Shown: in pieces, positions 1-10,242 of the stretch
Position numbering within the stretch: position 1 is the first letter of the stretch
Layout: each line of letters begins with the position of its first letter
DNA from: Pseudomonadota bacterium
GTDB lineage: Bacteria > Pseudomonadota > Gammaproteobacteria > Acidiferrobacterales > Sulfurifustaceae
NCBI GenBank assembly: GCA_040755435.1
Contig: JBFMBB010000002.1
Span: forward strand, 8,415-72,414
Reading direction: 5' to 3'
Length of the DNA: 64,000 bases
Made by a program: the position numbers and the translations under genes
Notes under the pieces: generated by a model
Databases searched by the model: none
Told to the model about the DNA's origin: nothing
Seen by the model: the letters and a program-made list of their open reading frames with translations, nothing else

Positions 1-1515
1 CTGGGACCAGGACGGAAGGTCGGCTGCGGCGGCCACGAAGAAATGCGCCAGGTATTCGGCCCCGCCGGTCTTCATCAGCGCCAGGCCGAGTGCCAGGCTC
101 GCCACCACGATCAGAATCACCTGGGTGCTGAGGGCGCGGCCGACGTCGCGCCAGTCGAGGCAGCCGCTGAGCACCATGAGCAGCGCGCCGGCGGTGGCGC
201 TGATGGCGATCGGCAGCGCGCCCAGCGCCGCCGCCAGCACGATCGCCGCCAAGATCGCGAGCGCCAGCGGCGCCTTGCGCGTGAACGGCAGGTCGGTGGT
301 GGCGTCCAGCACCAGCAGGTTGCCGCGGCGCTTGATCTCCGCGATCTGCTCGCGCGGTCCCTGCACCAGCAGCACGTCACCCGCCAGCAGCTCGGTGTTG
401 CGCGTATCCTCGTCGCCCGCGAGCGTGCGCCCGGCGCGGTGGATGGCGAGCGGCACCAGCTGGTAACGCTCGGCGAAGCGCGCCTGTTCCAGGGTGTACT
501 GCTCCAGCAGCGAGCCCGGCGTGATCACCAGCTCGGCCAGCTGCTGATCCGCCTCCGCCAGCGGATGTTCCTCGTCGATCGCCTGCTCGCCGGAATAGAG
601 CTTGGCGCCGCTCACCTGCTCCAGTTCCTTCAGGCGGTCGGGCGTGCCGGCCACCCACAGCTGGTCTCCCGCCTGCACTACGACGTCCGGTAGCGGCGTG
701 ATGTACACGCCGGCGCCGCGCTGGATGCGCTTGACGTTGAGCGGGCCGCCGAGTTTCTCCGACAGCTGCACCAGGGTCTTGCCGGCGGCGAAACTGTCCG
801 CGGGCACGTGCAGCTGGGCCGTGAAGATGCGCGGCGAAGTGTCGGCCAGGCGCGCCTGGCGTTCCGGCAGCAGCCGCGGCGCGATCAGCCACAGGTACAG
901 GATGCCGGCGCCGCCGGCGATCGCCGCCGGCAGGAGAAAATCGAACATCCCGAAGCGCGGCAGGCCCATGTCCGCCGCTACCGCGACCACCAGCAGGTTG
1001 GTCGAGGTGCCTATGGTCGTGCCCATGCCGCCGATCAGGGTCGCGAGCCCCATCGGCATCAGGATGCCCGAGGCCGCCGTCTTGGCGCGCAGCGACACGC
1101 TGATCAGGATCGGCAGCAGCAGCACTACGATCGGTGTGTTGTTGACGAAGGCGCTCAGTATCGCGCCCACGACCAGGGTCGCGAGCAGCGAGAACCACGG
1201 GCTCACGCTCCAGGCGCGCGCCAGCACCCGGCCCACCGGCTCGAGCGCGCCGGTGCGAACCAGCCCCTGCCCGGCGATCATCAGGGCGCAGACCGCGACC
1301 AGCGCCTCGTGGCCGAAGCCGTAGAAGAAATCCGTCGCGTGGATGGACCCTTCCGGACCGTCATAGGGAAACAGTTCGAAGCCGACCGCGAGCCCGACCA
1401 GGATCAGCAGGCTCGAGGTCTCGAGCGGAATGCGCTCGCGCGTGAACAGGAACAACGCCAGCACCGTGAGCGCCAGCACGGACAGGGCATGGGTGTCAGG
1501 TAACGATGGCCACAT
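1..1515 (-). CDS. SLC13/CitMHS-like permease with TrkA-C domains (3' end runs off the window)
   Basis: Manual translation from ATG at 1515 gives MWPSLPDTHALSVLALTVLALFLFTRERIPLETSSL..., hydrophobic helices and a GGMxTxIGTSTN-type motif. It is absent from the ORF track because no stop lies in the window. Confidence 0.8.
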   Translation of the reverse strand, partial: MWPSLPDTHALSVLALTVLALFLFTRERIPLETSSLLILVGLAVGFELFPYDGPEGSIHATDFFYGFGHEALVAVCALMIAGQGLVRTGALEPVGRVLARAWSVSPWFSLLATLVVGAILSAFVNNTPIVVLLLPILISVSLRAKTAASGILMPMGLATLIGGMGTTIGTSTNLLVVAVAADMGLPRFGMFDFLLPAAIAGGAGILYLWLIAPRLLPERQARLADTSPRIFTAQLHVPADSFAAGKTLVQLSEKLGGPLNVKRIQRGAGVYITPLPDVVVQAGDQLWVAGTPDRLKELEQVSGAKLYSGEQAIDEEHPLAEADQQLAELVITPGSLLEQYTLEQARFAERYQLVPLAIHRAGRTLAGDEDTRNTELLAGDVLLVQGPREQIAEIKRRGNLLVLDATTDLPFTRKAPLALAILAAIVLAAALGALPIAISATAGALLMVLSGCLDWRDVGRALSTQVILIVVASLALGLALMKTGGAEYLAHFFVAAAADLPSWSQ

Positions 1516-1650
1516 GGGTATTTTTATCGGTCCTGATCAGCGCCGGTCATTACGGCAAGGTCGACACATATATATCCCTGTCAACGGCGACTAACAAGGG
1601 CGGCGCTTACTCCATCCACACAGGATTTCACATCGGAATCATTCCCTCAG

Positions 1651-1696
1651 CAGCAAAACAAAAGGGCCCCGCACAGGGGGCCCTTTTGTTTTGCTG
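1651..1696 (-). terminator. Perfect 20-bp hairpin downstream of the duplicated tRNA 3' end
   Basis: cagcaaaacaaaagggcccc-gcacag-ggggcccttttgttttgctg. Confidence 0.75.
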
Positions 1697-1799
1697 GCGG
1701 AGAGGGAGGGATTACTCGGGCCTGCGGCCCTCGCCCCTCCGGGGCCGCCGTCGCTACGCTCCGGCGTTCAAGTTCGCCTGCGGCGAACTTGTCGAACCC
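1694..1799 (-). repeat. tRNA-linked repeat: copy of the tRNA-Ser 3' end with a hairpin-rich insert in the T-loop
   Basis: ctggcggagagggagggatt is identical at 1694-1713 and 1883-1902. After a 79-nt insert (1714-1792) the sequence resumes with cgaaccc as in the tRNA. Confidence 0.75.
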
Positions 1800-1840
1800 G
1801 CTTATGATTTTCCACGGGGGTTCTAATCCACCTTCGCAGG

Positions 1841-1883
1841 GTTCAAATGCAAATGGGGCTAGAAGCCCCATTTGCATTTGAAC
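1841..1883 (-). terminator. Perfect 20-bp hairpin immediately 3' of the tRNA CCA
   Basis: gttcaaatgcaaatggggct-aga-agccccatttgcatttgaac. Confidence 0.75.
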
Positions 1884-1972
1884 TGGCGGAGAGGGAGGGA
1901 TTCGAACCCCCGTGGCGTTTCCGCCCATCTGATTTCGAGTCAGCGCCGTTGTGACCGCTTCGGTACCTCTCC
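1884..1972 (-). tRNA. tRNA-Ser(CGA)
   Basis: The reverse complement reads GGAGAGGT...CTGA-CTCGAAA-TCAG...long variable arm...GGTTCGAATCC...CTCTCCGCCA. A TATAAT -10 box lies at 1984-1989. Confidence 0.93.
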
Positions 1973-2053
1973 GGAAGGACGGGATTATACCAGCGCGCGT
2001 TGTTTCAGCCACACCAAAGCAAGCGTGACAAGGGCTTCCCGCTGCACTAGTTT

Positions 2054-3508
2054 ATGCCTATGGATGGCAAGCGGCCCGGACAATGGATTGGACGGTTTCA
2101 TGTCGTATCGCGGCGCTTCCGTACCGTCCTGCTCGTCACCCTGCTCGCGCCCGCCATCCTGTCCTGCTCATTCTTCGAGAAAACCAAGCTCCGGGCGGTC
2201 ATCGCCGCCGGCGAGCTGGTGGTGCTGACACGAACCAGCCCGACTACCTATTATGAGACACCGGAAGGACCGGCCGGTTTCGAATACGATCTGGTGAAGG
2301 GCTTCGCCGATTACCTGGGCGTGAATCCCCGCTTCATCGTCGTCCCCAGATTCAGCGATATCCTGCCGCGCTTCCTCGAGGGCGACGGCGACATGGCCGC
2401 GGCCGGGATCACGGTGACCGAGGCGCGCGCCCGGCTGGTACAGTTCGGACCGCCCTACCAGGAAATCCGGCAACAGATTGTCTATCGACTGGGGACTCCG
2501 CGCCCCGCCGATGTCCCGGCGCTGATCGGACGCCAGATCGAGGTGCAGGCCGGCACGAGTTACGTCGAGCGGTTGAACGAATACAAACTGGAATATCCGG
2601 AACTCAAATGGACCGAGGTGGACCGGGAAACCGAGGAGCTGCTGGTGACCGTCTGGGAAGGACTGCTCGAGCTGACCATCGCGGACTCCAATATCGTGTC
2701 GATCAACCGGCAGTATTTTCCCGATCTCCAGGTGGCCTTTACGCTTCCGAAGCCTGAATCCCTGGCCTGGGCCTTTCACCGGGGCGAGGACCAGAGCCTG
2801 CACGAGGCGGCCGTGAAATATCTGGAACAGACCCGCGCCTCGGGCAAGCTCGCCCAGCTGGTCGATCGTTATTACGGCCCGGCCAGCCGGTCGAACTTCA
2901 TCAATCTCAGCGTCTACCGGGTGCGGATTCGCGGGCTGCTGCCGCATTATCAGATGCTGTTCGAGAACGCCGGCAAGAAGTACGGTCTGGACTGGCGGCT
3001 GCTCGCCGCCATCGGCTACCAGGAATCCTTCTGGAATCCCGATGCCGTCTCGCCGACCGGCGTGCGCGGCATCATGATGCTGACGCAGGAGACCGCCGGG
3101 CATCTTGGCGTGGTGGACCGTCTCGACCCCGCCGAAAGTATCGACGGTGGCGCGCGCTACCTTCAGAGCCTGATCACGCGCATGCCGCCCGGTATCACCG
3201 AACCGGACCGGCTGTGGATGGCGCTCGCGGCCTACAACGTCGGTATCAGCCACCTGGAAGACGCGCGCATCCTTACCCAGAAGCAGGGGCACGACCCGAA
3301 CAAGTGGAACGACGTGAAGAATTACCTGCCCTGGCTGGCGGACGAGGCTTGGTACCCCAAGACCAAATACGGCTATGCCCGCGGCATGGAACCCGTGCTT
3401 TTCGTCAATCGTGTGCGGACCTATTACGACGTGCTGGTAAAGATCGACGAGGAAGAGAAGGCCAGGAACAAACCCCAGGCGCTCGACCTGAAGGCGCCGG
3501 CCATTTGA
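2054..3508 (+). CDS. mltF: Membrane-bound lytic murein transglycosylase F
   Basis: SBP-like N-domain (GPAGFEYDL) plus an SLT domain (YQESFW, GIMML, AAYNVG); adjacent to tadA. The start is uncertain. Confidence 0.92.
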   Translation: MPMDGKRPGQWIGRFHVVSRRFRTVLLVTLLAPAILSCSFFEKTKLRAVIAAGELVVLTRTSPTTYYETPEGPAGFEYDLVKGFADYLGVNPRFIVVPRFSDILPRFLEGDGDMAAAGITVTEARARLVQFGPPYQEIRQQIVYRLGTPRPADVPALIGRQIEVQAGTSYVERLNEYKLEYPELKWTEVDRETEELLVTVWEGLLELTIADSNIVSINRQYFPDLQVAFTLPKPESLAWAFHRGEDQSLHEAAVKYLEQTRASGKLAQLVDRYYGPASRSNFINLSVYRVRIRGLLPHYQMLFENAGKKYGLDWRLLAAIGYQESFWNPDAVSPTGVRGIMMLTQETAGHLGVVDRLDPAESIDGGARYLQSLITRMPPGITEPDRLWMALAAYNVGISHLEDARILTQKQGHDPNKWNDVKNYLPWLADEAWYPKTKYGYARGMEPVLFVNRVRTYYDVLVKIDEEEKARNKPQALDLKAPAI

Positions 3509-3513
3509 TAAAC

Positions 3514-3595
3514 GTAGGTTGGGGTGAGCGATAGCGAACCCCAACGGAAATCGCCGATAAATTGTTGGGCTTCGCTATCGCTCAGCCCAACCTAC
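3514..3595. repeat. GTAG-type REP doublet (inverted pair), family 1
   Basis: Two 32-nt inverted units, gtaggttggggtgagcgatagcgaaccccaac and its near reverse complement at 3564-3595, lie between convergent mltF and tadA. Confidence 0.85.
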
Positions 3596-3604
3596 ATTTA
3601 TGAA

Positions 3605-4126
<522 letters not shown>

Positions 4127-4128
4127 CT

Positions 4129-5703
4129 TTATTCCCATTCGATCGTCGCCGGCGGCTTGCCGGAGATATCGTAGACCACGCGCGAGATACCGCGCACTTC
4201 GTTGATGATGCGGTTGGAAATGATGCCGAGGACCTCATACGGTATCTTTGCCCAGTTGGCGGTCATGAAGTCGACCGTCTCCACCGCGCGCAGGGCGACG
4301 ACGTAATCGTAGGCGCGCGCGTCGCCGAGCACCGCCACCGACTTGACCGGCAGGAACACCGCGAAGGCCTGGCTGATCTTGTCGTAGAGGTCGTGACGGT
4401 ACAACTCTTCCAGGTAAATCGCGTCCGCCTTGCGCAGCAGTTCGGCGTATTCCTTTTTCACTTCGCCCAGGATCCGCACGCCCAGGCCCGGCCCGGGGAA
4501 TGGATGACGGTAGACCATCTGGTGCGGCAGCCCCAGCTCCGTGCCGATGGCCCGCACCTCGTCCTTGAACAGCTCGCGCAGCGGCTCGAGCAGCTTGATG
4601 TTCATCTTCTCCGGCAGGCCGCCGACGTTATGGTGCGACTTGATGACGTGCGCCTTCTTGGTCTTGGCCGCGGCCGATTCGATCACGTCCGGGTAGATCG
4701 TTCCCTGCGCCAGCCAGCGCGCGTTTTTGATCTTGGCCGCTTCTTCCTCGAAGATCTCGATGAACAGGCCGCCGATGATCTTGCGCTTCTTCTCCGGGTC
4801 GGCCACGCCCTTGAGCGCCGACAGAAACCGGTCCTGGGCGTCCACGCGGATGACCTTCACGCCCATGTGGCGCGCGAAGGTTTCCATCACCTGGTCGCCC
4901 TCGTTCAGGCGCAGCAGGCCGTTGTCCACGAAGATGCAGGTTAGCTGCTTGCCGATGGCGCGCGCGAGCAGCGCCGCGACCACGGAGGAATCGACTCCTC
5001 CCGACAGGCCGAGGATGACTTCGTCCTTCCCGACCTGGGCGCGCACCGATTGCACCATGCTCTCGATGATGTTGCCCGGCGTCCACAGCGAGGCACAGCC
5101 GCAGATGTCGTGCACGAAACGTTGCAGGATACTGCGTCCCTGCGTGGTATGCGTCACCTCGGGATGGAACTGGATGCCGTAGAAACCGCGCGTCTCGTCG
5201 GCGATGCCGGCGAAGGGCGCGGACGGGGTTTCCGCGATCACCTTGAAGCCCGACGGCAGTTTCGTGACCTTGTCGCCATGGCTCATCCACACGTGCAGCC
5301 ATTCCGCGCCGGAATCTTCCTTCTCGTCGCGCAGGTCGCGAAACAGCTTCGAGTGCCCGTGCATGCGCACGCGCGCGTAGCCGAACTCGCGCTTGTCACC
5401 GGCCTCCACGGTCCCGCCCATCTGCGCCGCCATGGTCTGCTGGCCGTAGCAGATGCCGAGCACGGGGATCTGCATGTCGAAGATCTCCCGTGGCGCGCGC
5501 GGGGTTTCCGCTTCCGTCACCGATTCCGGCCCGCCGGAAAGAATGATGCCGCGCGGCGCGAATTTGCGGATTTCCCCGATCGGCGTGTCCCAGGAATACA
5601 GCTCGCAATAAACGCCGGCCTCGCGCACGCGGCGCGCGATCAGCTGCGTGGTCTGGGAACCGAAATCGAGGATGAGGATTCTTTGCGAATGCGGGTCGGT
5701 CAC
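4129..5703 (-). CDS. guaA: GMP synthase (glutamine-hydrolysing)
   Basis: [32 protein letters not shown] and C-terminal KPPATIEWE. Confidence 0.98.
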   Translation of the reverse strand: MTDPHSQRILILDFGSQTTQLIARRVREAGVYCELYSWDTPIGEIRKFAPRGIILSGGPESVTEAETPRAPREIFDMQIPVLGICYGQQTMAAQMGGTVEAGDKREFGYARVRMHGHSKLFRDLRDEKEDSGAEWLHVWMSHGDKVTKLPSGFKVIAETPSAPFAGIADETRGFYGIQFHPEVTHTTQGRSILQRFVHDICGCASLWTPGNIIESMVQSVRAQVGKDEVILGLSGGVDSSVVAALLARAIGKQLTCIFVDNGLLRLNEGDQVMETFARHMGVKVIRVDAQDRFLSALKGVADPEKKRKIIGGLFIEIFEEEAAKIKNARWLAQGTIYPDVIESAAAKTKKAHVIKSHHNVGGLPEKMNIKLLEPLRELFKDEVRAIGTELGLPHQMVYRHPFPGPGLGVRILGEVKKEYAELLRKADAIYLEELYRHDLYDKISQAFAVFLPVKSVAVLGDARAYDYVVALRAVETVDFMTANWAKIPYEVLGIISNRIINEVRGISRVVYDISGKPPATIEWE

Positions 5704-5705
5704 GG

Positions 5706-5808
5706 GTTCAGGGCTCGAAGTACAGAGTACAGAGTTTAGAGTTCAGGGTTTATGGCATATCAGGCACGGCACTTTGTACTTTATGCTTTAGAACCCTGAA
5801 CTCAGCAC
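5706..5808. repeat. Degenerate palindromic heptamer array (GTWCAGR-type)
   Basis: gttcagg gctcgaa gtacaga gtacaga gtttaga gttcagg, followed by inverted units tttgtac ... cctgaac tcagcac; fills the guaB-guaA spacer. Confidence 0.65.
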
Positions 5809-5826
5809 ACGAAGCGGTTAACACTC

Positions 5827-7295
<1,469 letters not shown>

Positions 7296-7509
7296 ATTAT
7301 CTGACCCGCGTCCGTAAACCGGCGCGGCAACTGGCGTTTGGCTCCATTCCCGGCGCCCGGAAACCCCCGGTACCGGTGGTGGCGTTTCTGTTGACCCCGT
7401 TGGGAATGTATTTTACCGTGGCAGCGTCTATCATTTGAGCCCGGCAAGAAATGTCACGGATTCATGCCGTCGTCATCACCGGTCACCGTCAGACACAGGA
7501 GGAATAAGG

Positions 7510-7836
7510 ATGAAACAAACGCTTGTTTTAGGTGCAATTACCCTGGTGCTTGCCGGCTGCGCCGGCGGCATCGACCAGAGCGAATACAACAAGCTGGTCG
7601 CGGAGGCGGAAAACGAAATCAAGCTCGCCGGCAAGACCGGCTTTCAGTGGAACAACACCGAGAAGTTCCTGACGGAATCCAAGGAAGCCATGGAGGCCGC
7701 CAAGGCCGCCGGCGACAGCGCCACGCGCGACAAAGAGTTCGACCAGGCCATGAAGCTGGCCAAGAAGGCCCTGTCCGAGGCAAAACTGGCACAGCAACAG
7801 GCGAAGGACAACGCCAATCCCAAGATTCATTTCTAA
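7510..7836 (+). CDS. Small helical lipoprotein resembling SoxXA-binding protein (SoxK-like)
   Basis: RBS AGGAGG and lipobox LAGC. The pattern AE...K.A...G..W..TE..L..(GD)...A.KLA..A..EA.LA.QQA matches my recollection of the SoxK/SaxB family; no search was run. Confidence 0.6.
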   Translation: MKQTLVLGAITLVLAGCAGGIDQSEYNKLVAEAENEIKLAGKTGFQWNNTEKFLTESKEAMEAAKAAGDSATRDKEFDQAMKLAKKALSEAKLAQQQAKDNANPKIHF

Positions 7837-7856
7837 AATAGGCGATTTTCGTTTAC

Positions 7857-7887
7857 AAAAAAAACCGGGCCATGCCCGGTTTTTTTT
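7857..7887. terminator. Bidirectional intrinsic terminator
   Basis: A8-ccgggc-cat-gcccgg-T8. Confidence 0.9.
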
Positions 7888-7957
7888 GTTCCGTTTTCCC
7901 GGCCGGACCCTGCCAGCCGAGCTTTGTATATTTCGTGAATGGGGTTATGTTCAAGGG

Positions 7958-9316
7958 ATGGAACAGTCATCACTCGCTCTCACCCCCCTGCGTGACATCT
8001 ACACCGTCTCGCGCCTGAACCGCGAAGCCAAGGCGGTGCTGGAAGGCGGGTTCCCGCCGATCTGGATCGAGGGCGAGCTTTCCAACCTGTCCCGCCCGGC
8101 CTCGGGCCATGTCTATTTCTCGCTCAAGGACGCCCAGGCCCAGGTGCGCTGCGCCTTCTTCCGCCAGCACCAGCGCCTGTCCGGCATGACGCTCAAGGAC
8201 GGGTTGCACGTGCTGGCGCGTGCCCGCGTCAGCCTGTACGAGGGACGCGGCGACTATCAGCTCATCATCGAGTACCTGGAAGAGGCCGGCGAAGGCGCCC
8301 TGCGCCGCGCCTTCGACGCGCTCAAGCAGCGCCTGTCGCAGGAAGGCCTGTTCGATGCCGCGCACAAGAAACTCCTGCCGCGGCTGCCACGGCGTCTCGG
8401 CATCATCACTTCCCCTTCCGGCGCGGTGCTGCACGACATCCTGACCACCCTGCGCCGCCGCTTTCCGGGAATCGCCGTGCTGGTGTACCCGGTGCCGGTG
8501 CAGGGCGAAGGCGCGGCGGAAAAAATCGCCGCCGCCATCCGGCTGGCGGGCCGGCGCGGCGACTGCGACGCGCTGATCCTGGCGCGCGGCGGCGGCTCGC
8601 TCGAAGACCTGTGGGCCTTCAACGAAGAGATCGTGGCGCGCGCCATTCATGCCTGTCCGATCCCGGTCGTCAGCGGCGTCGGGCACGAAACCGATTTCAC
8701 CATCGCCGACATGGTGGCCGACGCGCGCGCGCCGACGCCCACGGCCGCGGCGGAAATGCTGAGCCCGGACCGGCGCGAGTGGCTGGCGCAGTTCGAGCGC
8801 ATCGAAAGCCGGATCATCGCCGGCATGCAGGGTCGCCTGCGTCACCGCCAGCAGCATCTGGACTGGCTCGGCGCGCGCCTGGTGCACCCGCGCAACCGGA
8901 TTGCGCTGTTGCAGCAAAACCTCAAATCGCTGGCGCAACGGCTGTATCTCGCGCAAACCGCCGGCCTGCGCCACGCGCGCGCGGAATGGCAGGCCGTGAC
9001 GGCGCGGCTGCTCCGGCATTCGCCACAACCCCGGCTGCGGGCGCTGATGCTGAACAACGGTCATTTATCTTCACGACTCGTCACGGGCATGAAACGCCGG
9101 CGCGAGCTGGCCGAGTCGCGCCTGCGACAGCTCATGCAAAGCCTGCACACGCTGAGCCCGCTGGCCACGCTGGAACGCGGTTACGCCATCGTGCAGCGGC
9201 CGGATACCGGCGCGGTCGTGACGGACGCCGGCGAAGTCAGGCCGGGCGAGCGCGTGCGGGCGCGACTGGCGCGCGGCCAGCTCGACTGTCTGGTGGAAAA
9301 AATCCGTGAAGATTAG
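7958..9316 (+). CDS. xseA: Exodeoxyribonuclease VII large subunit
   Basis: WIEGELSN, SGHVYFSLKD, ARGGGSLEDLWAFN, GHETDFTI and TLERGYA. Start moved to the ATG at 7958. Confidence 0.96.
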   Translation: MEQSSLALTPLRDIYTVSRLNREAKAVLEGGFPPIWIEGELSNLSRPASGHVYFSLKDAQAQVRCAFFRQHQRLSGMTLKDGLHVLARARVSLYEGRGDYQLIIEYLEEAGEGALRRAFDALKQRLSQEGLFDAAHKKLLPRLPRRLGIITSPSGAVLHDILTTLRRRFPGIAVLVYPVPVQGEGAAEKIAAAIRLAGRRGDCDALILARGGGSLEDLWAFNEEIVARAIHACPIPVVSGVGHETDFTIADMVADARAPTPTAAAEMLSPDRREWLAQFERIESRIIAGMQGRLRHRQQHLDWLGARLVHPRNRIALLQQNLKSLAQRLYLAQTAGLRHARAEWQAVTARLLRHSPQPRLRALMLNNGHLSSRLVTGMKRRRELAESRLRQLMQSLHTLSPLATLERGYAIVQRPDTGAVVTDAGEVRPGERVRARLARGQLDCLVEKIRED

Positions 9317-10145
9317 GGTCTGGCCGATGCTGGTCCTGCTGCTCGGCGCGCCGGTTCTGGCGCAGGAGCTGCCGCGCGAAAGCCCGGTGCCGGGCGGCAT
9401 CGCCATCGTCCCGGTGGCGGCGGAGACCGAACCCGCGCCCGAGGTGTATTACGACAACCAGCGCGTGCTGGTCGTGCCGCACGCCGGCCAGTGGCAGGCG
9501 GTGGTCGGCCTGCCTTTGTCGCTCAGTCCCGGACCGCAGGCGGTGCAGGTCAGCGACCGCAACGGACAACGGCGGGAATTTTCATTCATGGTGCAGGCCA
9601 AGGACTATGCCGAGCAGCGCTTGATCGTCAAAGAAAAGCGCATGGTCGAGCCTTCGGCGAAGGACCTGGCGCGCATCGCGCGTGAAACGGAAGTCATCCG
9701 CAAGATATTCGCCGCCTGGACCGACCAGCCGCTGACATCGCTGCGCTTCGCGTCGCCGGCGCGCGGGCGTCTCAGCAGCGTGTTCGGCTTGCGGCGCTAC
9801 TTCAACGACCAGCCGCGCCAGCCGCACAGCGGCATCGACATCGCCGGGCCCGTCGGCACGCCCGTGACGGCGCCGCTCGCGGGTGTCGTGGCCAACACCG
9901 GCGACTATTTCTTCAACGGCAAAACCGTTTTCATCGATCACGGACAGGGACTGGTCAGCATGTTCAACCACCTGAGCCGCATCACGGTCAAACACGGCGC
10001 GCGCGTGGCCGCGGGCGAGAAAATCGGCGAGATCGGCATGACCGGGCGCGTCACCGGCCCGCACCTGCACTGGACCGTGAGCCTCAACAACGCCCGCGTC
10101 GACCCGGCGCTGTTCCTGCCGGAAGATTTCGAGGCAATGAAATAA
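9306..10145 (+). CDS. M23 family peptidase with N-terminal domain
   Basis: Signal peptide, HSGID (HxxxD) and GPHLH (HxH). Confidence 0.9.
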   Translation: MKIRVWPMLVLLLGAPVLAQELPRESPVPGGIAIVPVAAETEPAPEVYYDNQRVLVVPHAGQWQAVVGLPLSLSPGPQAVQVSDRNGQRREFSFMVQAKDYAEQRLIVKEKRMVEPSAKDLARIARETEVIRKIFAAWTDQPLTSLRFASPARGRLSSVFGLRRYFNDQPRQPHSGIDIAGPVGTPVTAPLAGVVANTGDYFFNGKTVFIDHGQGLVSMFNHLSRITVKHGARVAAGEKIGEIGMTGRVTGPHLHWTVSLNNARVDPALFLPEDFEAMK

Positions 10146-10161
10146 GGTGATTTGAAATTCA

Positions 10162-10234
10162 GCCACAGAGAGCACAGAGGCCACAGAGCTAATACATTTT
10201 TGTTTGCCTCTGTGTTCTCTGTGATCTCTATGGC
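10162..10234. repeat. Nonamer palindromic element, copy 1: (NNCACAGAG)3-loop-(CTCTGTGNN)3
   Basis: gccacagag agcacagag gccacagag, 19-nt loop, ctctgtgtt ctctgtgat ctctatggc. Confidence 0.85.
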
Positions 10235-10242
10235 AAAAACTC

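Noticed and set aside
43-1503. Several long + strand ORFs over the permease
   Set aside because: They are antisense shadows of a high-GC coding gene, with Arg/Ala/Gly-rich translations and no motifs. The same applies to most overlapping ORFs in the track.
1694-1902. Prophage or integrative island at tRNA-Ser
   Set aside because: Only 189 bp lie between the direct repeats and there is no integrase or cargo; at most a scar.
1884-1972. Selenocysteine tRNA (long variable arm)
   Set aside because: The anticodon is CGA, not UCA, and the acceptor stem is standard.
1506-2012. ORFs 1506-1826 and 1647-2012
   Set aside because: They run through terminators, the tRNA-linked repeat and the tRNA, and show no protein features.
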